Of a stretch of 64,000 nt of DNA, positions 25,998 to 37,110 are shown in pieces. The notes below the pieces were generated by a model, which did no database searches, was not told the origin of the DNA, and saw nothing but the letters and a program-made list of their open reading frames with translations. Position 1 is the first letter of the stretch, and each line of letters opens with the position of its first letter. This DNA is from Botryllus schlosseri (taxonomy: Eukaryota). The position numbers and the translations under genes were made by a program. The stretch spans positions 1,240,001 to 1,304,000 of the forward strand of contig CM119372.1 of assembly GCA_051294905.1 (NCBI GenBank), read 5' to 3'.

Positions 25998-27381
25998 CTG
26001 AAAACAAGCAAGGCTTACTACAGCCACCTAGCGGGGGAATATCTGACATCAAAACACTGGAAGTTGGTGTGAGTGCGAACCAGGGTTGGAGTATCAAGTA
26101 TAATGTTTTAAGTCTAGTAGGGAGAGATGATGTTTCGCAGAGCTGAAATTATACGCTCTGTCTCACTCAAGAGTTAATTTATTGTTAGAAAATTCTAATT
26201 TAGAGAGTATTTTCCACTGTGGAATCCTTGTTGGTCATGATGTAGAAATGTGATGTGGCACTGGCATTATTTGTGATCGCATAAAATAAATGATACACAT
26301 TTATGATACATATATAGCCTATCCAAGTCTTCATGCTGTTATGGGGCCATAATGAGCAATACTTAAAGTTTAACACTCTATTCAGAATTGAATCACACAA
26401 TACTGCAGGAGTCAAACAGTCAGTAAATAATTGATAATCTTCACCATGCCAGCAACTCAATACTTGAGGGCATCTACACTACACTACTCACCGCGAATTC
26501 ATGGTCATTGAATAAGCTAAAACTCTGTTCATTTCAAAATGAATAATATATCTATATTGAAATAAACCTGATATTTTCAGCTGACATGGTCGGGGGTCAT
26601 TAATCATCAGGAACTAATAGAGATTTCACCACGAAAAGTGTCAGATTCAATTGTATATTGAAGTCTGCACCTATCCCTCATTGTATCACAGATCTTGTGG
26701 TGCATGAAAATGATGAAATTTTAAGCAATAAATTGAATTGAATTTAACCTGTCCTTTTGTATTATGTTCTTTCGCTTTTCATTCAGTGTGCATTTCTAGG
26801 CCAGGTCGGTGTCTGATTTAGAAGGCTACTCCAAGTTGTTTTGACACCTTCCTATATTTCATTGTATAGCAGTCTTGTGGTGTATTGAAATGATGAAATT
26901 GTTAGCAATCAATTGAATGGAAAAGAGTAGGGCTGAACACAATGATTTTTGAGTACTCGATTCTGAATAGCGCATTCATTCTCATGATTCGAGTCAAGAC
27001 GATTATTTCAAGTACTCAAATTAAACACTCCCCTTGCCAATAAGGGCTAAATTATCAACGAAAATTATAGTTTCCATAATATTGTACTTTAAGTAAGTCT
27101 TGAAAACTCGATTGGTCGTATCGCAGCATACGAAACATGCATTACAAAGCTTCTGCGAAGTCGTGATCTACCGACAGCATTGTAAAAAAGGGCAATGTTC
27201 TTTATGGTAGCATAAAAGGTACATATTTCAGCTCTCCACATCTTTTATAGCCTACTGTTATGGCCCTATTCCAGAGTCAATTAAAAAAACACCATCATAC
27301 ATATTTAAATGTAATATCATGTTGATATGATTAACACGGTGCATCCGAGTTGCTAACAGCAAGATCTCCCTTTTAACTCAC

Positions 27382-27490
27382 CTACTCAATATGAATAATT
27401 GACAGTCTGAAGGCTTGAGGTTCGCTTTGACGTTGACTTCAGTTCGAGTCTCCACGCATAGAATATTCTAATTAGTAGCAGACCATAGTA
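27382..27490 (-). other. Candidate non-coding 5'UTR exon (PTB transcript)
   Basis: gcttttcatcttcag|TACTATG...TTGAGTAG|gtgagt: strong splice sites, 109 nt, stops in all three frames, two short uORFs. Confidence 0.45.
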
Positions 27491-29286
27491 CTGAAGATGA
27501 AAAGCGCACAGGGTTAGCAAATTCTTTCACAAAACAAACAACGATCTTTTCAGCGACAGGTGAAATGATTTTGCGAAATGGATACACCATGACAACACCA
27601 TGTACCAAGAACTTCATAATTGCTATCTCTCTCTCAAAACACACAAAAAGTGAAACAGATCAACAAAAATTTTGACAAGAATATTTTCTTTTGAAATCTG
27701 CTGCAGCAAATGATGGTCTGGTATGGCTTGTGCTAAGAAAGATTAGCTACGCCTGAGCAAATGCAACTGTACAGTAGGGTGGTTGAAAAATGATCTTATT
27801 TTTTTCAAATTTTACTGGCCAGGTGATGAAATTGATAGGTTGCCTGAAAAAAATAACTATGCATCGAATTTTAGAATTATTAAAAATTATGTTATTTTGA
27901 ATTCAACTGCCTACCCCATGAAACAGTTCCATCATTAAAAAACGATGCATACCAGCAACAAGTTTGTATTAACTCTCAATTCTAACCCGTAGATGCAAAG
28001 TTACCGCAGTAGAATAGTTCAATGACATAATTTCCCATCACAAATGTAATATTTTTAACATATCCAACATATTATACTCCAGTAATAACCTAACAATTTT
28101 ATCAGCTAGCCGGTAAAATTTGAAAATAGCTTTTCAAAGCAACCTTACTATACACCTAATGCGGGCATGAAACTATTTTCCCTCCAAATTGCATGAGGCA
28201 ATCACATGCATGTCAAAGCAACAATCTATTCCTAGTCGCTGAAATCGCAAATGTTACGCAAACTTTGAAAGAGGCAACCATAGTAAATCTTCCTCACTCC
28301 AAAGGTTCTCTCAAAGTCTCACAATGAAATAGGATGAAACAATACCGGTACTAGGCAAGCCTGCCAAAAATTCCACTTGATCTGTTTCAGAATGAAATTA
28401 CCAGCCGCTGTACTAACAAAACTCTAGGAATTAATGCCTTAAGGGTGACCTACTCAAAGATGCCAAGAGAATGACTCCAGTATAGTATGCCATTCCTGTG
28501 TAACACCAACGAAAAAGAGATTGTGTCACATCAACTATCACAAGCTATTTATTCTACAATTTTGAACACTTCACAATTAGACTGTTGACAGCCATTGAAT
28601 TTCGAGTGTCAGGAAGTGATGTTTAAGAATAGTAGCAGGGAGCAGCATAAACCAAGAGACTGCACCAGTTTCAAAGTCACCATGTCAAACTAGATTGAAA
28701 ATTAAGTAACGAAAACAGGCGAAGATTAAGATACATCTTCCAGTGACACATACTGACACACCATCGAGCAGATTATTAAGCATTGATATAGCACTGGCAC
28801 TGAAATATCATCAATATCAAACTAATATATTTCGAATATGATCAGTCACATATAAGGAAATTTTGATCACTGGGTGCAGGGAGCTGGTACTTTGGAACGA
28901 TAAGAGACAGCCAGATCTCCGTTATCAAAATTACACTGTACAGCAGTGTGCTGTATGGTGTACGCGAGTAAAGAGAGTGGAGACATAAATTGAATATCTG
29001 TTCAAATGTTTCATTCTCGTTGATATGAAATGTTCTTTCCAATTCTCTACTAGTTGTCGACAATGTCGACGATTAACCCGGACAAGCGTCAGCCGAAAAT
29101 ATTTGAGGATGTTCTCAAACAATAAAGTTGTATTCTCTTCACACTTCAGGAAAAAAATCAAATATGAAAAATTAGTAACTCTGTCTTCTCTGGTTACATC
29201 AATCACGAGTAAGCCAACCCTGTGACACTCCAATCATTGTCTTGCAAATATTACTTCAAAAAACATAATAGCACATCCCGTTAAAT

Positions 29287-29648
29287 CAGGGGTTCTTAAA
29301 ACTTTTTTTTGCACTCTGTAAACAAGTCGGAGAAGTTTTTTTGCCCACATTAAATAGACTGGACGCAATTGCATGAATATGAGCGGGTAACATCAACTCA
29401 ACTCAACAAACCTAAGTCCATGTTAAGAAAGTTAGCCTAGTAAAGATCTTGCTTAGCTGCAGCTGATACAATTATACAAACAGCAGCAAAAACGACAATG
29501 TGAAAAGTGACGTGCTTTAAATTTTGGTCGTTAGACACACTATCGTCGAAGTGACAAAATTCCATTGACGCCAAATAAAAACGCCCAAGATTTTCATCGG
29601 CCTTCTGTAGACCACTTCAAACTACACACACCAGTTTAAGAACCCCTT
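29287..29648. mobile_element. hAT-like MITE just downstream of the SRP72 stop codon
   Basis: TIR CAGGGGTTCTTAAA / TTTAAGAACCCCT; TSD not preserved. Confidence 0.65.
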
Positions 29649-29727
29649 CAAAAAATCTTTTCACCATAATCTTGTACACAAAAATCACGCACACTACCGA
29701 GCAGCAGTTATGACTCGAGTCCACATC

Positions 29728-31800
29728 TCACCAAGCCCCACCTTTACCCTTTTTCCTGCGATTCCTGGCCGTCTGTTTCGATTTAGGCCTAGCCCCGGAC
29801 GGGGCAGGCTTCGGCGAATTAACCTGCGGGGAAGCCGCAGGCTTTGGGGCGCTTGCGGTACTGCTGTGTTTCGACATATCTAAATTATCAGTGACTGCTG
29901 ATCCAGACGTTCCTTGCGTGCCGGTACCGACGCCTTTTTTCTTGTCGCGCCTCCTGCCTTTGTAGTAAGACCTCTCGCGCAGCGGGGTCCATCTTTCAGG
30001 GTCTGGTTCAACAGCTGGGTTGTATTCCTTAGGCAAACGCTTCTTTTTCTTCCGTTTTTTCTTGTCGGTCTTGATCGGTTGGTCCGCTTTTACCTCGGAA
30101 ACTACGTCCTTCTTTTTCACAGCTTTATCTCCAGAAGCCATTTCTTGTTCTTTATTCCCTTTCTTTTTGGCCAGCTGCTTAGCCTGTCTTTTCACGTATC
30201 TAGGCGCCAACAGTTGTGTCGCGTTCTTCTCCAAACTGCTCACATCTACAGACAGCGACATTTCCTCGAGAGAAGGTAAATCTTCGCTGAGCAGGTGAGC
30301 TTTAGTCGGGTTGAATTGAGAGTAAGCGAATATCAGCTGAGCCAAAACTTTAACGTTGTTGCGATCCAGTAACCGTAACTTTTCAAGCATTTCAGCAGCG
30401 TGTTCGTGACGACCGTGTTTGATGCTGTACTGCGCGTTTTCCCACATTAATTTCATCTGGATTTTGTCCGCGCTTTTTTGCTTTTTATGCCAAGCAACGG
30501 CTTCGTTGAAGACTTTAACTGCTTTCGATTCTCTGCTTTTTTTGTGCTCGAAAAGAGAAATTAAGAGAGATACAATCGCAGGGGCGTGACGTAGAGATTC
30601 AATGCTGTCGAGGACACCGCAGGCTCGGTCGATATGTCCTTGGTTGTACAAGAATTGGACTAAAGTCAACTTGATGTGAGTTAAATCGATGGAATGTAAA
30701 TCAGGGTCGCTATGATTTTCAATGAAATCCTCCAAATGAGATATTGCTTTCTCAAAATTCTTTTCTCTGCTCAGCTGCGCGGTTTGGATCATGCACGGAA
30801 TCTCGCTGTTTTTGTCCAATTTTTGAAGATTTTTTAGCAGCTTTCGGCACGCGTCCCACTGGTTCGAGTACATGTACAAAAGAGCTTTATTTCTTTCGAT
30901 CAAACCAAGTTGTTTTGACACCAATTTTTTTTGAATGTCAGGAATTAAAGTCGCTTTCAACTTCTTCTTAGAATCGAACACATTCTGTTCCTTGTTGATC
31001 GTAATGATGTTATTTGACGCAATAGCGATCAGGCCTACATCTGAAGGTCGCGAGCGGAGAACCTGATTGTATATTTTTAAAGCTTCATCCGCAAGACCTC
31101 TAAGTTGAAGACAGTAAGCTAACTGCACTTGTAACGGAGATAATTCGTCATCAATCTCATCCTCTTCAACTTCTGGAAACTGCTCGAAGTACTCGCGACA
31201 CTTTGTGATAGCATCTGTCAGCATTTTTTCGGCTTCGCCTATCTTTCCTCTGCCGAGAAGTTCGCATGCCTTGTTGTACATTTGCTCATACGTGGTCAGA
31301 GACAACTTAACGTCAGACGGTTTGTCGTTCCATAAAGAAATCGAGGCAGATACGGCAAGAAGGTTTGCTTTGCGTTCATTTTCTGACGAATCCGCGCAGT
31401 CTTTGACTAACTTTTTAAGCAGCACAAGGGCATCTTCGTAAGAACCAAGTTTATACAAAATTTGTGCCTTCAACTCCATTAGGCGGATATCAAGCTCTTC
31501 AGCATCGCTGATCGTTTCAAAAGCCTCGTTGATTTTCAGCAAGCGATACTGACAGTACGCTTTTTCGAATATCAAACTCTCATTAATTTCGGGGGAGGAT
31601 TGGATGAATTTCAAAGCCTCGTCAAACTGGTTCAAGTAGATGAAAGCTACCACTTTGCATTGCATCGCTTTTTCGTCCTTGTTTCCCTCTTTGGAATGGA
31701 TGATTTTGTTGCTGATTTTCAAGACTTGCTTGTAATCGGAAACGTGGATGGCTTTGTTTAGTTCTGAGAACATCGACTGAAGAGCTGTCGGTTCCGTCAT
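29728..31800 (-). CDS. SRP72: Signal recognition particle subunit SRP72, intronless CDS (690 aa from ATG 31800)
   Basis: Uninterrupted ORF with N-terminal TPR-like repeats (FEKAYCQYRL, ELKAQILYKLG, YEQMYNKAC), Lys cluster followed by the SRP72 RNA-binding motif PDPERWxPLRERSYY, GTQG, and C-terminal KKGKGGAW. The track start at 31809 is TTG; the first ATG is 31800. Confidence 0.96.
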   Translation of the reverse strand: MTEPTALQSMFSELNKAIHVSDYKQVLKISNKIIHSKEGNKDEKAMQCKVVAFIYLNQFDEALKFIQSSPEINESLIFEKAYCQYRLLKINEAFETISDAEELDIRLMELKAQILYKLGSYEDALVLLKKLVKDCADSSENERKANLLAVSASISLWNDKPSDVKLSLTTYEQMYNKACELLGRGKIGEAEKMLTDAITKCREYFEQFPEVEEDEIDDELSPLQVQLAYCLQLRGLADEALKIYNQVLRSRPSDVGLIAIASNNIITINKEQNVFDSKKKLKATLIPDIQKKLVSKQLGLIERNKALLYMYSNQWDACRKLLKNLQKLDKNSEIPCMIQTAQLSREKNFEKAISHLEDFIENHSDPDLHSIDLTHIKLTLVQFLYNQGHIDRACGVLDSIESLRHAPAIVSLLISLFEHKKSRESKAVKVFNEAVAWHKKQKSADKIQMKLMWENAQYSIKHGRHEHAAEMLEKLRLLDRNNVKVLAQLIFAYSQFNPTKAHLLSEDLPSLEEMSLSVDVSSLEKNATQLLAPRYVKRQAKQLAKKKGNKEQEMASGDKAVKKKDVVSEVKADQPIKTDKKKRKKKKRLPKEYNPAVEPDPERWTPLRERSYYKGRRRDKKKGVGTGTQGTSGSAVTDNLDMSKHSSTASAPKPAASPQVNSPKPAPSGARPKSKQTARNRRKKGKGGAW

Positions 31801-33259
31801 GATCAACAAGTCGAGACCTCAGACAAATCGATACCACTCTTAGTATAATTATGCCTTACGAATATAGAAAATGAAACAAATGAAAATTTGTGTTACACCA
31901 AATGGCACATTGTGTACAGCCCGTACAGGTACTACTGTATGGGCAATTCTGAATTCTCAAAACAGCAGAAACTGCAGCTTCTTATGTTTTCTCAAGATAT
32001 GTGGTTCAATTGTCTTTCTCGTATTTCAACAATGAGTGGTTCTATAATTATTACGAATCAATTTCCCAACATTAATAGGCTACAAAGTTTTTCACATCCA
32101 AAAATGGAGGACATTTATTAAATATTGGTAGCCAAATAATAAATCCAAGATTTTTTTATTCCCAATAGCTTCGCTTCTACAGGCTGAAATTGAGCCTAAC
32201 AATTTAATCAAGTAGCCAGTAAAATTTGAAGAAAAACGAGTTGTTTCTACTGCCATGTAGAAAGGCCTGGATTTAATTAATTCAATCCAATAATGCTGCA
32301 AGAATCAAGTGATGGACAGTGACAAATTGGCGAAGAATAATGCCACCATAATGGCTAAAAAGAAAGGATTTCATTACGATACAAGAGGAACCTACCGCAA
32401 CTGATGTAGATCATCTTTTGTTTATGGTTATGTCGCCTCCACACGGGGATTATTATAGGAGCTGTCAGGTGTCAGCTATACGGGCGAATGGCAGTGCTTA
32501 TTCAAAACGAGCATAGTGTGACTGACAGTACCGTATTGAATCGACTGACTGTTGACTCCATAAAGCTAACGAGGTAATCCATCTGTATTTCTAGACACCT
32601 ATATATCCGCTTCGTTTACTAACAGGAACAGCCTAGCATATATGATTAGTTTGACCATGATGAACCTTTCAGAACACTTCAGTCAAGTCAAGTCAAGTTA
32701 TATTACCGTATAGGCTAGTGAGTTACTCGATTCAATACGGTACCAGATATCCACACTCCACATCGATCAGTCAGATGAAAGCTGAGCCATAAATCGAGTT
32801 CAGTTTTACGGTGAAAATGCATCACAAAATTGAGCTATCGAGTTTATGTGAAACTTTCTATTCTATATGAACTTGAAAAATATAAAACCCGTGGCATATA
32901 TTGGTAAACTAATGGCGTTCACGTATTGTGCACGGAGGCGGAGCCAGTGAGCCGTCAATCAAACGCAAGAAAAGTTTCGATATTGGCCAACGATTACGAC
33001 GAGCCAATGACCCGAAATAATGTATCAAGTGTCCTGTTTGTAGAAAATTATTGCAACAATGCTACTAGTTTTCTTTTAAATTACCGCAACCCGTATTTAT
33101 ACTACGAAGCCGGCGTGACCCTTCCTTTTTATACAATCAACGATCTAGCAAGAAGCATTTGGGTAATGGCGTCGGCGTGTCAGTCAGTGTCCGATTGCTC
33201 TTGCCATATCTATGATTAGAATTCATACCTTTTTGATGAGCGCAATAAAGTTATCACCG

Positions 33260-33530
33260 CATCATCATCATCATCATCATTGGTTTATTAGCAATTTTAT
33301 CAGTTCAATACACCACAAAAATGCGATACAATGAAAAGACAGGAAGATGTCGAAGCGACAAGGAGTAGTCTATGGAATCTGACACCCACCTTGGCCTAGG
33401 CGATGTAAAGAGGAGGCATGCACACTGAATGAAAGTAAAGAAGATAGTATAGAAAAAGAATGCGACAAGAAATAGGGCGGCATGTCATGGGACGCGAGAT
33501 CGATAGGTCAGTCGTGGTCCGGTAATCTTG
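33260..33530 (-). mobile_element. Non-LTR retroelement 3' end (LINE tail or SINE) with (ATG)n tail
   Basis: Closely similar to 58696-58945; (CAT)7 here and (CAT)11 at 58696-58728, next to AATAAA on the minus strand. Plus-strand relatives near 26745-26920, 37965-38120, 43660-43908 and 57410-57590. Confidence 0.75.
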
Positions 33531-34007
33531 AGGATATTTTATCTCTTCTTCGAACATAGGCAAGCATTGCAAATTACATTTATAGTGGAATAAAGGTCAA
33601 GGATACCGACACCGACACCGACATCAGGACATTCTCAAAAGCAGCACTTTCAAGGGAAATTTAATTTATAACCTAAATCTTTGATGCTCTCTTTTTTGAT
33701 GGATACTTCCATCACCTCGGTGATGGTGCTCTAAGTCTGAACGCAGACGGAGCTAGACCTATAGTATATATATATATATATATACCGTTATAACAAGTGT
33801 TTATATAGCTCAGTGGTCGAATCCAATGTACAGAGTAATAAACTACACTACAATCAGATCTCGCTGAAGTCAGGGTTACATTGTAAATCGATTTTATATT
33901 TGGAATAATGTTATTTTTACTTTTGCATAAAGGAATCACAGCATTCAAGGCAGTATCAAATGTTGGTCACGCATCAGCAGATAGAGAAGGCAGAGGGCAG
34001 CTTTGTT

Positions 34008-34021
34008 GTTGTTATGACAAT
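34008..34021. promoter_or_regulatory. Possible RFX X-box upstream of the TEX49-like gene
   Basis: Imperfect palindrome GTTGTTATGACAAT about 80 bp before the ATG, resembling GTTGYYATGRCAAC. Confidence 0.3.
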
Positions 34022-34101
34022 GACTGATTGTTGTATTTTCTTCCGGTTATTTTTGTAAAATACTGTAGTTGGACACGATTAGCCTTGTGTGGGGGTATAT
34101 T

Positions 34102-37100
34102 ATGGCCTTCTTCGGATTAACGGGACTGGGATATCAAGATTCGATAAAATCACGGATTCTTGAAAAGCCTTCTACATCTCCTAGCTCAGGTATCTGACCG
34201 TCATTTTAATTCTACATCTAATTTCTGGTTTTCCTGAAAATGCTACATGAGAACTGTATAGCGCGCAACGAGTCAACCTTAATGTACAGACATTTACTAT
34301 TCTTGTGCTTATGAGAATGAACTCTGATTTCATACAAACTTAAGTTGAGTTTTGTTGTATTTCTCTGATTCTCTTTAATTCAGAATTGAATTCAAATTCC
34401 AAATTTTTGCGAATTCAGTCATTTTATTTGGAAAAGCTGAAAATTTTCTAGTGGTAGAACTCTAATGGGACTATAATATAATCTCCAGGTCTGTCCGAGC
34501 CTCCGACGACAGCCCGCGTCCTTCCACCGGTGCCACACACAGGACGAGTCGTGGACCACTACAACAATTACACAGATCCAGAGAAAGGAAATGAAAAGAG
34601 TTATTCAAAACACATCACTTTATTAAAGAAACATGTCCGGCCTCAAAATGGTTAGTAGTTTTGTTTTAATGCTATGATCTCACCTCCAATGCGGGATAGC
34701 CAGACTTTGGAACCAAGTTCGTACCAGAGCTAAATGCCGGTACGGTAATCTAATTCTAATTTTTAATTTTGACATGTTTTTATGCTTTGATTTTAATTTT
34801 ACTCTAATTTATGGTTTTCCTGAAAATGCTACAAGAGATCTGTATAGTGCAAAGCTAGTCAAACTTTCTTTCTTGTTCGGAATTTAATTCAATTTCCGAA
34901 TCTTACAAATTCTGTAATTCTAATTCTACTCTAATTTGGAAAAGACGGTGTCGCTATAGTTTCAATTCTAATCTAATATGGAAAAGCTTAAAATTTTCTG
35001 CTAGTCCAACTATGGATATAGGCTTGCATCAAGCTTTTTCACTTCATAGATGTGGAAATACAGTCATGTCCAGAAATAATTTGATTAATAATTATAATTC
35101 TTTCTACCGCTTCACCGGTCCGAAAGCATCTCATTTTTCAAATATCTGTACTTTTTCTTATAATCTATGCTTATATTTTGCAACATTCGCAAGATACAAG
35201 ATCTAGTTACTGTATAGAAAAGTGAAATTATGTGAGTGCAAGTGAAAAATTCCAAATATTCAAGTCCTCAGACTCAAATCAAGACAAATCATGCATTTTG
35301 AAATTGATGGAATATTGTCGAACGCCAATATTACACTCTCCAAAGTATGCGATTGAATAGGCTAATTCAAATTTAAATATACCTGAATATTTTCCGCTGA
35401 CACTCGTCAGGGGTAATCGTCAGAAATTAGTAGAGAATTCAAAAGAATTTGCACACTCCAATTTTCATGTCGACGACATCATATTTAGTGATACGGTTGT
35501 TGAGATACAATATTCTTTCGAATTCTCTTCTAGTGCCGACAATTATCCTTGACGAGTGTCAGTCGATAATATTCAAGTTTATATCAATATTAATAGATTG
35601 TTCAATTTTATATTGAAGTTCCATACCTCCAAGAGTATCTTTAAACTCTCCAAAGTGTCTGAAACGGCAGACAAGTGTAACTCAGTGATACAATTCCTGT
35701 TTACAGTTGATTCGATTTTCAGCTCCGAACGAATTATGCAGGGTGCCTTTGTCTGACGCCAATAACTCTGGTTGGTTGATACCTAACGATGGCGTGACTC
35801 TCATTCGAGATAAATTTGACTGGGCTTACACGCCACGATTTGTTCACGTAAACAGCGAAATGACTCGGTAAGTTACACAGGGACTCAGTATTAATTTAGA
35901 TACGGTATGTGTTTTTCTGCCCAACCATTGACTTATGAGTAGGGCTGGTCACCAAAATTATAGGTATGGTTGATAAAATACCAAATTATCTTTAACCTGA
36001 TGTACAACTGGCATTAAATTCTTTAAGGTCACATAAAAGGTACATATTTCAACTTTACACATCATTCATACCTGCATAAATTGAGTGACACGCGACTCGA
36101 TTCGATGCATAATACTCGATTTAGAATGAAATAATTCAGGTACTCGATTCTGCTCAGCCCTACCCTTAACCCTAACGTAATCAAACTCCTAATCCTACCC
36201 CTGATCTAGTATAACCACTCACGTAGCCCCAACCCCTTGTCCATCCACCTGAACATGTAATATTTATCGCTCAAGTGACCATCATTAATCAATGAACGCC
36301 ACTTTTGTTTGTCTCTTGAGTGAAAAGCTTACCTGCTGCTCTTTTTGGCAGTCATAGCTCTGCCAACCACATGCTACCAGACTTCAGGAAATTTCCACAA
36401 CTTGTTAGTTGACGGTCAACTGACTACGGGTTTATTGAGTAGTTCTAGTTCCAGATTTTGTGAAGAGAGTAGTTCTATTTGCGTATATTATAAATATTTT
36501 AGTTGTAGAACAACAACGGGAAAACACGTGTTGTCGTTGGATGTGATTCTTGATACCTGCGTTATGTTGTGTGATGTTCTAGCTGCCATCGCTAGCTCGG
36601 AGTCATCACTACTAACAGTGACATAGCCAGGGGTTGGTTTTGGGGGTCGAAATCCCTCCCGTTTCAAACTCGAAACCCCGTTCTTTCGAAATTATGAGCT
36701 ATAAGTAGCGTATTATCAGCTATTAGTTAGTTGTGTTTTAGTTAGTTGCATAATTTTGAAGGTCTTTAGTTCTAGTAGTTGTTAGTTTTGAAAAGTAAGT
36801 AGTTCTAATTCAAATTGTGCATTTTGAAAAGTGAGTATTTCTAGTTCTAGTTGCGAGTTTTGAAAAGTGAGTAGTTCTAGTTGTAATTCATCTTGCGAGT
36901 TTTAAAAAGTGAGTAGTTTTAGTTCTAGTAGCGCATTTTGAAAACCCGGTAGTTTGTCCAAGAAAAGCATGCGGCTGTTGGCAATCCAAATTCCGATATT
37001 TCAATGTGGGCGTTGGCAATTTGTGTTTCCTTGACTAACTGGTATATCTTCGCGTTCGCAGATTCGTCGACGATATGGCTCTTACCAACAGAGAATTCTC

Positions 37101-37110
37101 GCTCTTCTGA
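34102..37110 (+). CDS. TEX49: TEX49/SPMIP11-like sperm/ciliary microtubule inner protein, 4 coding exons, 147 aa
   Basis: Exons 34102-34189, 34489-34650, 35723-35867, 37062-37110 (444 nt, GT-AG, phases 1,1,2). Protein MAFFGLTGLGYQDSI...RVLPPV...APNELCRVPLSDANNSGW...VNSEMTRFVDDMALTNREFSLF* matches the recalled TEX49 pattern (MAFF..LGYQ, LPP, PN..R.PL.DA, MTRF.D....R.FSL). AATAAA at 37160-37165. Confidence 0.85.
36770..36945. repeat. Degenerate tandem repeat, about 35-45 bp unit
   Basis: About five units built on TTTTGAAAAGTGAGTAGTTCTAGTT, in TEX49 intron 3; probably subterminal repeats of a MITE. Confidence 0.7.

Noticed and set aside
29914..31441. Plus-strand ORFs overlapping SRP72
   Set aside because: Antisense shadows of a long CDS with no recognisable motifs.
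36770..36945. CRISPR-like repeat array
   Set aside because: Eukaryotic context, degenerate units, no unique spacers and no cas genes.
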